Origin: Octopus sinensis
Lineage: Eukaryota
NCBI RefSeq assembly: GCF_006345805.1
Contig: NC_042998.1
Coordinates: forward strand, 150,722,001-150,786,000
Reading direction: 5' to 3'
DNA length: 64,000 bases
The position numbers and the translations under genes were made by a program. Under the pieces are notes generated by a model that saw nothing but the letters and a program-made list of their open reading frames with translations, was not told the DNA's origin and did not search any database. Shown here one piece after another: positions 40,811 through 54,026 of this stretch (position 1 is the stretch's first letter; each line of letters starts with the position of its first letter).

Positions 40811-41397
40811 GCAGACACATATATGTGCATGGTGTGTGTGTGCGCGTGCGTACGTGTGTGTGTGCGTGTGTGTGTGCGTGCGTGTGTGTGTGTGTATGTG
40901 TGTGTGTGTAATTCAATCCACATATTTATGACTCAGTACAGTTACATGTATATTCATAGCACTTGCTGTTTTATGTATTGCGGGTGTGCAAGAGGTGTCA
41001 GCATGATTGCAGTGTCTGATTGGCAAATATATGCAAATTTATGGAAAATAGTTTTCATTTTATATGCATTGAATAATTTCTTCACATCAGTATAATAAAC
41101 ACACACAGGCGCGCTCATATACACACAAAGATATACATCACCCACATTCCTCTTATATACACTCTCTCGCATTTTTGTTTCATGTAGATTCCTCTTCTTA
41201 CACAGGCGCGCGCGTGAAGAGGCATTCACTCATAGAAACACAAAACACACATACTCCCACGCGCATGCATACATACATGTACCTAAATGTATATACATAT
41301 ATGAATAAATATGTATTTATTCATGCATACATATATATATATGTGTGTGTGTGTGTATGTATGTATGTATAAACAAAATACGCATTCACATATACGC

Positions 41398-41398
<1 letters not shown>

Positions 41399-41454
<56 letters not shown>

Positions 41455-41483
41455 AAGATAGATAGATAGATAGATGGCTAGCT

Positions 41484-41514
<31 letters not shown>

Positions 41515-41565
41515 TGGCTGGCTGGCTGGCTGGATGGATGGATGGATGGATGGATGGATGGATGT
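41399..41565. repeat. Compound (GATA)n-(GGCT)n-(GGAT)n microsatellite
   Basis: Direct reading. Confidence 0.9.
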
Positions 41566-41823
41566 ACGTAGCGTTATGGTTTAGATAAGATCGTCAGAAT
41601 GTGGTTTCGATTCTTGGACCAGGTGTGTTCTTGAGCAAAATGTTTCATTTCACGCTGCTGAAGTACTCTTAGGTGGCAAAATTGACTAATCCGGTGACGA
41701 TCGGCGTCCCATCCAGGGAGGGAAGGAGATATACGCCGAAGAATCCAGGAAATCCCGCGATTATGAGTTATTGCCCTCAGGAATGACCTTTGGTACTTTG
41801 ATTATGTGCGTTATGTATGTATC

Positions 41824-41903
<80 letters not shown>

Positions 41904-42445
41904 TGCGTGCGTGTCTGTTTGAGACCACGAGTGCTTATGTACGAATTGGGTTCGAATTTTGGCACAAGGTCAACAATTTTAGAGACGAAGCTAAGTTGAT
42001 TACATTGACCCCAGTTGTTCAACTGGTACTTATTTTATCGACCCAGAAATGATGAAAAGCAAAGTCGATCTCAGTGTAAAGTCGGACGAAATACCGCTAA
42101 GCATTTTACCCGGTTGGCTAACAATTCTGCCAGAGCTACCCTGGGAAGGTAGTCGAAAGTGCGTTCAGAATGCTCTATTGAAGAATATGTACAATACATA
42201 TTTTATATATTCTAAATATTCTACCATATTAAAATTATGACCATAATTCGGATAGTTCTTCATTGCAACTCTCTCAATATATCTTTATGGCGGAAATACG
42301 GAGAACTCAAATTGTACCATATTGATTTAATTTTATCTTCATGGAAGAATATGCATGCTCTGGAATAAGAATATTAATATTTATATTAATATATATGTAT
42401 GTATGCATACATATATATATGCATACATACATACGTACGTACGTA

Positions 42446-42487
<42 letters not shown>

Positions 42488-42501
42488 TATACATATATAT
42501 A

Positions 42502-43396
42502 AGGGGTTTGATCAATAAGTATCCGGACTGTTGCTACAGTAATGAACCTAAAGCACGGAGAGTGAAGCCACTTTGCACAGATTTACCTTAAATTCTGCTG
42601 TGCATGTGCACTAAGTTTTCACGGTTTAACTCACTTTTGCTGTTTACAGCAGTGATTCAAAGGAAGGTGTGTAGTGAGTGATCGTTGCATTGACCATGAC
42701 AAAGAAAGTTGAGCAGAGAACCTGCATCAAAATTTGCCAAAAGCTTGGTGATACCTGCTCTTAGGCCTACGCAAAGTTTTCAAAACGTTTTCATCGTCCT
42801 CGACACAATCAACGAGATCTTGTGCAACTGAAACCCGAGTGTCTTTTTGATCAGCTGAAAGCAATTTTGGTACAAACATGGCAGACACGCGTCTCGTACC
42901 CAAATCGTCAGTGATAATAGACTAAACTGAACCGTAACTAATGAGCACATCTTCTGATAACTGACGGATGGTGATTTGGCGATTTCCCTTCACAGCTGCA
43001 CGCACATCTGCGATGTTTTTCTCAGTTCTGCTGGTTGCGGGTCTCTCAGAAGGTTCGCTAATATCGACATATTTTCGGCCATCTTGGAGACGTCTGGACC
43101 ACTCATACACTTGTGTGCAGCTCATACGCTTCTCTCCACACGCTTTCTGCAACATTGCACAGGTCTCTGAGCAGGTATCGCTATGACAACTTTCTCTGTC
43201 ATGGTCACTGTGACGATCACACGCTACACACCTTCCTTCCAAGCACTGCTGTAAACAGCGGAAGTGAGTTAGAACATTAAAACTTAGTGCTCATGCACAA
43301 CGTCGTTCAAGGATAATCTTTGTCCAGCAGCTTCACTCTGCGTTCTTTAGCTTCATTACTATGGCAACAGTCTGGATACATATTGATCAGATCGCG
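42502..43396. mobile_element. Mariner derivative made of two inverted left ends
   Basis: TA on both sides; ~55-bp TIR extends to a ~280-bp inverted match. Both arms encode the transposase N-terminus. The minus arm reads CSETCAMLQKACG...VYEWSRRLQDGR...RPATSRTE...RQITIRQLSE (HTH region); no catalytic domain. Confidence 0.8.
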
Positions 43397-43669
43397 TATA
43401 CGTATATACATGCATACATGTATGCATGTATATATACATACATAAACACACACACATACATACATATATAATTGAACAAAGTTTTTTTTTTATATCACCT
43501 ACTACATAAGTGCAATTCCGTGAAATATTCACGATTTTTTTCGTGGTAGATATATGCAATTTAACTAAAGGTTGTATCATATGTACGGGATTTTTTTTAT
43601 AGGGAAAACGGGAAAATAAGAGTGAATATCTGTTTTATGAATGCTGTGTATTAAGTCTATAAAATTGCG

Positions 43670-44381
43670 CATAAGGTATATAAATTACCAAAAGTCCCTG
43701 GCCTGGCAATGTTACAGAGGAGCTTTACCGGTTCGAGATAAGCTCTTTAGACATGGGTGTGCACCTTCGCTGGTTTGTGCAAGATGTGAGAGGGACAGTG
43801 AAACTGTTCTGCACGCGATTGTGCAATGCCCCAAGTTGACTGAACACCCGCTGTCGCATTCGAGAAGAGTACAACTGTCGAGCGAATCTGTAATTAAGAT
43901 AGTTCCACCGACCTCCCTGAATAGGGAGGAGCGAGCCTGTTTTCTCTCAGTAGTTGCTATGGCGAAAGAAGTAGTATGGAAGACGAGAGTAAAAGGAATT
44001 GCAACAGGCATGTTTATCTCCAGTCTCGAGCTAATCGACTTTTTCGTTTTCCACATGAAACGGAAAATAAAGCTGGAGAAGAAATGCCTGTCGCAAAGTG
44101 TGTTTCGTAAAAGATGGAAGTCTATAGCAAGTATGTTGCGAGTGAAAGAACCTGTTTAATCAAGAATGTGAAAAAGGAGAAAGCAAAGTCTTCAGTGTGA
44201 GTATGTGGTTTGTGGGTTCAACCGCGTCCTCCGCTTCATTTTTTGTTATTCGCTCATTCTCATTTAATTGTATCTATTTTAATTGTTTGTTTATTCATAC
44301 GTTTCGTCTCATTCGATACCCTGACCCCAACGTTTGTTTTGTCCCCTCTTTTTCTCAACCTTAAGGTGAATAAAGAAATAC
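43670..44381 (+). mobile_element. 5'-truncated L1/Tx1-clade LINE, third family (zf-RVT-like C-terminus)
   Basis: ORF 43641-44159: YQKSLAWQCYRGALPVRDKLFRHG...CARCERDSETVLHAIVQCP...KRKIKLEK. The 3' UTR ends AATAAAGAAATAC followed by degenerate (TC)n. Confidence 0.82.
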
Positions 44382-44905
44382 TTTCTGTCTCTCCCTCTCT
44401 CACTTTGTCTTTCCCGTGAAACTCTCTGCCTCCTTCTTCCACTTTTCTTTATCTTATTTTTTCTTTTTGTCAGACGCTGGAAAAAAGCTAGGGCTGATAT
44501 TTTTCGTGGCTAAAAGCTATGTCTGAAAATAGATATTTACGCTATCCACGGGTGCCTCGGGGAAAAAATAAGTTGACAAAACCCAGAGAGGATGTTGACA
44601 AATGTCCTCCTAAAATTTGAGCGACATGCGTGCTAATTTATGGACGTGCATAAATTACAATCACGTACACACACACACACACGCACACACATCCTCCCTT
44701 TTATAGATATGATGTATATAAAGTGCATTAAGTAATCATTGTATTTCAATTTCTTTCACTTTTCAATGAGTAGTAGAAGAGTGACTATCTCTCCATACAA
44801 ACACAACACAGGCTCGCTTTCAGTTTTTTTGGATAAAGATTTCAGAAATAACGTATAGGTTTAGCATTAATTCCGTGAAATATTCACGGGTCCCGCTAGT
44901 GTATT

Positions 44906-44943
<38 letters not shown>

Positions 44944-44981
44944 CCATCACCACTACCACCACCACCACCACCACCATCATT

Positions 44982-45022
<41 letters not shown>

Positions 45023-45061
45023 TATCATCATCATCATCATTATTATTATTATTATTATTAT

Positions 45062-47732
45062 TATGTTTGACTTTTGCTTTACATTTGTACAAGTTGGTAC
45101 CAAGTCTCACCCAGAGACCTCAAGAGACAACAGGTTGGAAGTTCATGCTGTTGTTATGCCTAGTGTGCGGTATATTTGGTTTTGTATTTAGTGTTGTACT
45201 AAAACACCATACGAAAATTATGCTTGTTTTAAAACTTGAGATTACATAGAAAGTATTTTGTGTAGGATATGAGCAGTTCCCATGAGCACTATCTTTTGAA
45301 TTTCTGCTAAATTTGGGTTTCTTGGTATCTGAGTTAGGTAGCAATCAGCCCCTTTTGCTATCATTCCCAGGGCACCTATGACAACAGGTATTGTTTTAGT
45401 CTTCAGGTTCCACATTTTGCTCATTTCTATTTCAAGATCTTTATATTTGCTCAGTTTCTGGTAGGTCTTGACAGATACGTTTATATCGATTGGGACAGTC
45501 ATATCAATGAGGAGGCATGTTCTTTGACTGAATTCTTTCAATATAATATCTGGCCTATTCGCATCTATCTTTCTGTCAGTTTGAATGGTGAAGTTCCAGA
45601 GTAGTGAGATGTGGTCATTTTCAAGCACTGGAGGTGGTTTGTGTTCACACCAGTTTTTTTTTCATGGGGTAAATCCAGGTTTTTGCAAATTACCCAGTGA
45701 ATATATTGTGCAGCTCTATCATGCCTGTTAAGATACTCTGTAGGCGCTAGAAGACTGCACTTGGAGACAATATGATCAATGGTTTCATTTTGTTGTTGAC
45801 ATACACAACATGTTGGGCTACTGCCGTTCTTTAATATGTTGGCCTGGTAGTTCCTTGTTGGTAGGCATTGATCTTGAGCTGCTATGATAAACCCTTCTGT
45901 TTCAGATTTTAAGCCAGAGGCCATTAGCCATTGATGGGTCAGGGCTTTGTCAACATCTGCATTATTCGTTCTCTTTGGGTATTTGCCATAGAGAGGTTTT
46001 TCTTACCATTTATCATTCAGAATATCTAAGGCAGCAGTTTTAGCACGGGTTTTCATGCGCTTAGCTTTTTCTGTGCTTGTTTCTTGTATGTCTAACTAGC
46101 AGTATCGCCCGGCGTTGCTCAGGTTTGTAAGGGAAATAACTATAAAGCATTTTTAGAGAGTTATAGCCAAAAAATAGCAAAAAAATGGAAAAAAAATGAT
46201 GTTAAATTTATTTTTGAGAGTTAAAAAAGTTCGAGTTGCGTCCCCTAGACAGTCTGTGGTTTGTGTTTCTGATTCTCGACCCCATGTCGAATTTATCGAT
46301 TTTTTTCAGAACTGGGGGAACTTTTCAAAATTTTCGCTGCGTTAGTTTTGAATTATGACATTGGGCTATGTGTGTGTCAAGTTTCATCAGAATTGGTTGA
46401 AAGCCGTGGTCAGGGTGAGGGTACAACCAAACAGACACACAGAAACACACACAGACAAACTGCCGTTTATATATAGAGAGATTCCGAAATTTGTTGTATT
46501 CGGAATTCATTTAGATATTCCTTTGCCTGTCTTGTTACTGAGTACGATGCTTTCTTGTTTTCATGTTTTGAGACAAGTTTTAACATCCAGTCCTCAGAAA
46601 TTTTCAGGTAGGTGTCTAGGCCAATTGTAGCAATCTTCATTGTTATTGCCAGTTGTAAAAGTCCTCGGCCTCCCTCTTTCCTTGGCAGATAAAGTCGTTC
46701 TATATCTGCCTTAGAGTGGTGCATTCAATGCATTGTCAACAGTTTTCGTATTTTTCTGTCAAGATTACATATTTCAGTAACTGACCAGTTAACGATATTG
46801 AAACTGTAAGTCACTACTGGTATGGATAAAGCATTGATCGCTGCGATAACATTCTCTCCTGATAATTTTCCTTCATCACTGAATGCCTTATTCCGTCCCC
46901 TTCAATTACCCCTAGGTACTTGTAGCTCTCCGCTGGGTCTAACTCTTTTATGACATGCTTCTGGTCAAGGTTAACGTTAGATGCTTCTGTCATTTTTCCT
47001 TTGATAAAAGTAGCTTTTGCACATTCATTGAGGCCAAATTGCATTCTGATGTCATCACTGAATTGTTTAACAATCGCTAGTAAGCCCTTGAGTTGTTGGT
47101 CATTTTTTGCAAAGAGCTTAAAATCATCCATGTAAATGAGATGATTTATATTTTTATCCAACATTTTATATCCGTACTGCGCGTCATTGAGCAATTTTGA
47201 GAGAGGTATTAAGGCTAAACAAAAGAGGAGTGGTGATAGTGAGTCACCCTGGAAAATGCCACATGAAATCTTTACATCACCAGCATTTAGAGATTCATTG
47301 TCACTGTTCAAAGTTAGTGTGGTTCTCCATAATCTCATACTTACAGACAAAAGGTTTCGCAGAGTAGGTACTATTTTATACATTTCCAGGCATTTCTTAA
47401 TCCAGCTATGTGGTAGGCTATCAAAAGCCTTTTTATAGTCTATCCAAGCTATTGACAAGTTTTTGTGTCGTTTGTGACAATCTTCTAAGATCATCTTATT
47501 GATGAGTAGCTGATCTTTACAACCACAGGAACCACGTTTACGTCCTTTCTGTTCATTAAGGAATACGCTGCTGTCTGTTAAAAAAAACTATAGGTATATT
47601 CCGTCAGGACAGATGTTAGCGTTTTATACATAGTCGTTAAGCAGGTTATGGGTCGATAGTTTTTTGGTTCATTTGTTTCTTCACTTTTTGGAAGCAGGAA
47701 TGTTTACCCATTAACTAGCCAAGGAGGCATCC
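45062..47732 (-). pseudogene. Degenerate R4/Dong-like non-LTR retrotransposon, second family, interrupted by a Helitron-like insert
   Basis: PKNYRPITCL, WIDYKKAFDSLPH, GIFQGDSLSPLLFCLALIPLS, YMDD, YKYLG, CVCQQQNETIDHIVSKC, WNFTIQTD..NRPDII, KYKDLEIE..MW. The 3' end ...GTCAAACA is followed by (TAA)n. Confidence 0.88.
46096..46481 (+). mobile_element. Non-autonomous Helitron/Helentron-like element inserted without TSD
   Basis: Begins (A)CTAGCAGTATCGCCCGGCG, has CAGA/CA repeats and ends TTTATATATAGAGAGA(T). Removing it restores the Dong-like frame QQISE-LDIQET at an A|T junction. Confidence 0.75.
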
Positions 47733-47792
47733 TACTAGGGTGTTGCAAAACATCATTGTAAAGTTAGCAGTTCATTATTATTATCATTATTC

Positions 47793-47937
47793 TATGTTTG
47801 ACTTTTGCTTTATGTTTGTACAAGTTGGCTCAAGTCTCACCCAGAGACTTCAAGAGAAAACAGGTTGGAAGTTCACGTTGTTGTTATGCCTAGTGTGCCA
47901 TATATTTGTTTTTGTTTTTTTTTTGGTGTTGTACTAG
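47793..47937 (-). mobile_element. Short 3'-UTR-only copy of the 45-47 kb Dong-like family
   Basis: ~145 bp matching 45062-45200, followed by degenerate (TAA/TGA)n. Confidence 0.8.
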
Positions 47938-47991
47938 TGAATGTCTAATAAATTAATTTTTAAAAAAAGTTTGTTTTAAACCTTGGGATTA

Positions 47992-48079
<88 letters not shown>

Positions 48080-48104
48080 CATTATTATTATTATTATTAT
48101 TATT

Positions 48105-48659
48105 GAGTGAGAGAAAAGTGCATGCCATCAAAGTGGCACTGGGGTTAAATATACGAAGCCCAGTACACCCATCATGACTACCCGTCTGGTAAGGGTACAC
48201 CAGGCACATGCATCACAACCATATGTGCGTGACATGGTGATCTCATATCAAGATAAACAGCGCATGACCTTGCAGGTGGGGCTCAGTTAGAATTTTCTTC
48301 TGGTCGAGAAACCCATCACGCTCAAAAGGTCGCTGAATAAGGATTGTTTAAGGATGTTGAACGAACAAGCCATGTTTCCAGAGGTGAATTATCAAAACCT
48401 CCGAGAATTCCTTTCAACACACGGCTATGATGCTCCCTTCTACTTCTGCTCGTAATCAGAGATGCACATATCGTCAGCCACTAAGGGACGTACTCAACTG
48501 GTTAAGGTCAAACAACAGACAAGCAAATCTGCGGTATTGAGCAGAATATTTGCTGTAGCCTGTTTTATGCCAAGACAAAACAATGTACATGATAACACTT
48601 CTAATCAGTTAAGATCAGAAGCCATGAGAGCCACTGTCTGGTACTGCATCAGAGCATTT
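48105..48659 (-). mobile_element. ~550-bp non-coding interspersed element embedded in (TTA)n arrays
   Basis: Unique sequence with sharp boundaries against (TTA)n on the left and (ATC/ATT)n on the right; no ORF. Orientation inferred. Confidence 0.5.
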
Positions 48660-48678
48660 ATCATCATCATCATCATCA

Positions 48679-48803
<125 letters not shown>

Positions 48804-48902
48804 TAATAATTATCATTATTATTATTTACGTGGCTCCAAGATCTACTAACGGTTTCTCGTGGTTAGCTGTGATACATTGTGGTTATTTTTACTATCGTGT
48901 AG

Positions 48903-48985
48903 CGTCCGGTGATCCGCCAACAAATAGATCAAAGGTATTCAATCGGTGGCCACCCTGTCAGTTTGCCACATGCAGGGAGCAAAAG
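48903..48985 (+). CDS. Candidate 83-nt exon
   Basis: TTTTTACTATCGTGTAG acceptor and AAG|GTAGGT donor. Two frames are open. Confidence 0.25.
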
Positions 48986-49674
48986 GTAGGTGGCGGCGAG
49001 CACATTATCTTTCGTATCAAGGATGGGATTTGAAGTAGATTTGGCTGCTATTTCTAGTAGACATAGTGACTAGAGCCATCTTCTGTGTGCTAGTAGTTTT
49101 GCTAGTTGCAGTGACATATCTTGCAATTGTTGTTCTTGTTCAGCCCCAGGTCATTCGTAATAGGACGTGTCAATGGTCAAAGGCGTTCCAGCATTGGCCA
49201 TCCAAACTTTTTGCATGTACATGAGGGACTGAATTGTCCGGTTTTATTTAACATTTTACATAGCAAGGAGTGATATGAAAGAAATTTCACTGCTATTTTC
49301 AGCAGACATAGCAAACATGTAAAGCTTCACTCCTTGCTATGTTGTAGGAGGTAGTGGTAAGAGTGGTGGCCGGGAGGTTGCAAGCCGCGTTCCATGCGTG
49401 GCGGTGATGGTGGTGAAATTATTGACAGCTTGTCTCCCATTCATTCACACAGTGAGTGATTAATCGATTTTGTTGATCGATTACAACCAAATCAATAGAG
49501 GACAACAAAAACCTTTATTCGATCGGCGATATGATGGACACACTCGTCATGTGTAACGCATCAAAGACCTTAATGGTAAACTCTCTTTGTGTATATAACG
49601 ATGCAGTGTGTGTGTGTGTGTTGTGTGTGTGTGTGTGTGGTGTGTGTGTGTGTGTGCGTGTGTGTGTATGTATG

Positions 49675-49722
<48 letters not shown>

Positions 49723-49771
49723 TATGTATGTACGTATATATATATATATACGTATATATATACATACATAT

Positions 49772-49838
<67 letters not shown>

Positions 49839-50069
49839 TTGTTTACTACCCACAAGGAGCTGAACACAGAGGGGACAAACAAGGACAGACAAACGGATTA
49901 AGTCGATTACATCGATCCCAGTGCGTAACTGGTACTTACTTTATCGACTCCGAAAGGATGAAAGGCAAAGTCGACCTCGGCGGAATTTGAACTCAGAGCG
50001 TAGCGACATACGAAATACCACTAAGCATTTCGCTTATATATGCAGTTTTCTCTCACACTCTTCCTCTCT

Positions 50070-50110
<41 letters not shown>

Positions 50111-50151
50111 TTATATATATATATATATATATATCTATATATATATATATA

Positions 50152-50219
<68 letters not shown>

Positions 50220-50239
50220 CATATTATATATATATATAC

Positions 50240-50326
<87 letters not shown>

Positions 50327-50736
50327 AGCGCAGGCATAGCTGTGCGATTAGAAGCTTGCTTCCCAACCAAATGGTTCTGGGTTCAGTCCCACTTCTTGAC
50401 ATCTTGGTCAAGTGTCTTCTGCTATGGCCTCAGGCCGACCAAAGCCTTCTGAGGGGCTTTAGTTGACGGAAACTGAAAGAAGCCTACCTTACATAAATAT
50501 ATATATGTATCTGCGCGCGCGCGTGTATGTCTTTGCGTTTATTTTCCCCATTACCGTTTAACAGCCAGTGTAACTTAGCGACCCACCAAAAGAGGCTGAG
50601 AAGATAAGAACTACGCTTAAAAAACTAAGTCCTGGGTTAGATTTGTCCGACTAATACCCTTCAAGGCGGTGCTCCAGCTTGGCCGCAGTCATAACTGAAA
50701 CAAGTTCTAATATGTTTATGTGTTTATGTATATATA

Positions 50737-50770
<34 letters not shown>

Positions 50771-51876
50771 TCTTTTATTTGCTTCAGTCATTTGACTGCG
50801 GCAACGATGGAGCACCGCCTCTACTCGACCAAATCGACCCCAGAACATATTCTTTTTATGCTTAGTACTTATTCTATCGGTATCTTTTGCCGAACTGCTA
50901 AGTTACGGGCACGTAAACACACCAACATCCGTGATGATGTGGAACAAACATAGACACACAAATGAAAACATATATATATATACATACACACACACACACA
51001 CACACACTTACACATACACACACGCACAAACACTCTTTTCTCTTCTACTTGTTTCAGTCATTTGACTGCGGCCATGCTGGAGCACCGCCTTTAGTCGAGC
51101 AAATCGACCCAAGGACTTATTCTTTGTAATCCTAGTACTTATTCTATCGGTGTCTTTTGCCGAGCCGCTAAGTTACGGGGACGTAAACACACCAGCATCG
51201 GTTGTCAAGCGATGTTGGGGGACAAACAGACAGACAAACATATATACACACATACATACATAAATATATATATATATATACGACGGGCGTCTTTGAGTTT
51301 CCGTCTACCAAATCCACTTACAAGGCATTGGTCGACCCAAGGCTATAGTAGGAGACATTTGTCCAGGGTACCACGCAGTGGGAATGAACCCGGAACCATG
51401 TGGTTGGTAAGCAAGCTACTTACCACACAGCCACACACACACACACACACACACACAGACATATATATATAATTTTAAAATCTTAGGGTAGCAAGAATAT
51501 TTATCGAAAAATTCTTTGTTACCAGTGATCTAGGGAGAAGGAAAAAATTTAGTCAATATGGTCGACCCGAGTCTATAGTAGAAGACAGTTGCCGAAGGTG
51601 CCACGCAGTGGGATTGAACCCGAAGCCATGTGATTGGTGGGCAAGCTTCTTACCATATGTGTGTGTGTTTGTATGTATGTACGTATATACGTGTCTTTAT
51701 AGATGTTACTGATACACCTAAACGATCGTATGTGTGTGTGTATAATTGTATACAGTTTGGCTTTACCCTGTCCCATCTAATCTTTTTACCATTAATGTGT
51801 GCAAATATATATACATGTATATATGTGGGTGTATATATATGTGTGTATGGGTATATGTACATATATATATTACGGA

Positions 51877-52069
51877 GATGTACTTGCATAGCAAGTGATT
51901 TGATCTGAGATCGTGTGCTGAAACGAAAACACTTGCAGCGTGGAAGGTGTTTTGTAAGCCATTTAAGAAACACACAAAAGCCGTTCGATTCACTTCAACA
52001 TTTAAGTTTAATTTGTCAACGGCTTTTGTGTGTTTCTTAAATGGCTTACAAACACCTTCCACGCTGCAA

Positions 52070-52072
<3 letters not shown>
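51877..52072. mobile_element. Second copy of the 15.7-kb family, converted into a 52-bp-arm hairpin
   Basis: Arms 51933-51985 and 52018-52069 are perfect reverse complements except for one T; 32-nt loop. Confidence 0.8.
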
Positions 52073-52142
<70 letters not shown>

Positions 52143-52144
<2 letters not shown>

Positions 52145-53232
52145 TTAATAAATAAAACATATGCATATATACATACATATATGTACGTACCTACCTCTAC
52201 ATGTATATATACATGCATATATGGGTACAGGACACCAAAAAAAAACGTCGAACACAATGAGAAACGAAAACATAAACACAAAACCAAGGAAATGGACATT
52301 TTTCTTAAACAACGAAAAAATAGAGTACGGGACAAATAACACAAGGAAAATTCCCCTTCTTCAGTCGCCATGGCTTCATCTACTCTGCGTTTCGAAGGTG
52401 AAGGCGATACGCATCTTCGATAGAAACTTTCCTTCCCGCGAAAAGCAAATTAAATAAAATTTGAGATCTTTTTGCGGAGGGGTAAAAATGGTAACAAAAA
52501 CAGGACAGTAACGACAGTACAAAATATAAACAGTAAAAGACAGGACAAGGAGAATAACAAGACAAGAAGGGCTGTTAAGCCGAACGAGATAAGGTGTTAC
52601 GAACGCTATTTTTGAGAACGGCGAAGGAGCAACAGAAAATGCCGTCTACACTTCAAGGACGCCAGGCCAGACAGGCAGTAGCAGAGCTCTTGTCGCGAGT
52701 CAACGACGGGAGGGAGGAGGAGGAGCAAGAGAAAGGGAGAGAAAAAAGGGAATCGTTGTGAGGAAACCAGAAAGAATGAGAGAGAGGGAGAGAGGGGGGA
52801 GAGACAGTAAGGTAGAAGAAAGGGAAACCAGAAAGAATGAGAGAGAGAGAGAGAGAGAGGGGGGAGAGACAGTAAGGTAGAAGAAAGGGAAACCAGAAAG
52901 AATGAAGGGCTAAGAAAGGGAGGGGACAGAAAGGTCAAGAGTGCGCATCATTATTAATATCAAGAACAATCTTACTTAGAAATGGATGCGTGCGTTCCGT
53001 CATATAATAAATTAATAAATAAAACATATGCATATATACATACATATATGTACGTACCTACCTCTACATGTATATATACATGCATATATGGGTACAGGAC
53101 ACAAAAAAAAAACGTCGAACACAATGAGAAACGAAAACATAAACACAAAACCAAGGAACTGGACATTTTTCTTAAACAACGAAAAAATAGAGTACAGGAC
53201 AAATAACACAAGGAAAATTCCCCTTCTTCAGT
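52143..53232 (-). mobile_element. Non-coding element with ~223-bp terminal direct repeats
   Basis: 52143-52365 vs 53010-53232 differ at only a few positions. GA-rich body; (TA)n flanks. Confidence 0.7.
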
Positions 53233-53275
53233 ATGTGTATATGTATATCTGTGTGTATGTGTAGTGACATGTATG

Positions 53276-53370
<95 letters not shown>

Positions 53371-53982
53371 TGTGTGGGTCTACGTGTGTGCGTACGTGAG
53401 TGTGTGTGTATGACTATCTGTGCTTGTGTGTGTCTGTATGGGGGGGTCTGTGTGTGTGTGTGCGGATGTGCCTGCTTCCTCCTAAGTACATACACGCGTG
53501 TGTGTATCTATGTGTACATTTCTGTATGTATGTTCGTCTTTTTCTATTACTATTTATACCTCTCTCCCAATGCCGAAACACTGTAAGGTCATAAATTTTA
53601 GATCCCCACAAAACATACTTCTTTAATATACTCATCCTTTCACTTCGAGCAAATGTCTAGTTATCTATGTAATAGTTCTCTTCACACTAAGTTGTTGCAG
53701 AATAAAGTCGCTGTGGGGTTAAATGATAGTATTCAATCGGACGAATCTTGGTAGCAATTGGCCCAGCCAGTTTCTTCTTCTTCTTCTTCTTCTTCTTCTT
53801 CTTCTTCTTCTTCTTCTTCTCTTTCACCTTCTTCTATTCGTTTTCCTCTCCTTCTTTTTCTCCCTCCTATTTCTTCACGTTTTTACCTTCTTGATTCCCC
53901 CTCACACATGATTTCTCCCCCGTCAACCCATCCTGCATACAGACTTCTAATTTTTTCCTTTGTCTTTCCTCTACTTTCATAG

Positions 53983-54026
53983 CAACAAGGTCTGATAGAC
54001 GCACAATATAATAGCATGACTTTGAT
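53983..54026 (+). CDS. Candidate internal exon of an unidentified gene (QQGLIDAQYNSMTL+2 nt)
   Basis: 30-nt polypyrimidine tract + CATAG acceptor and GAT|GTAAGT donor. Only one open frame (phase 0 to 2). Confidence 0.45.
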
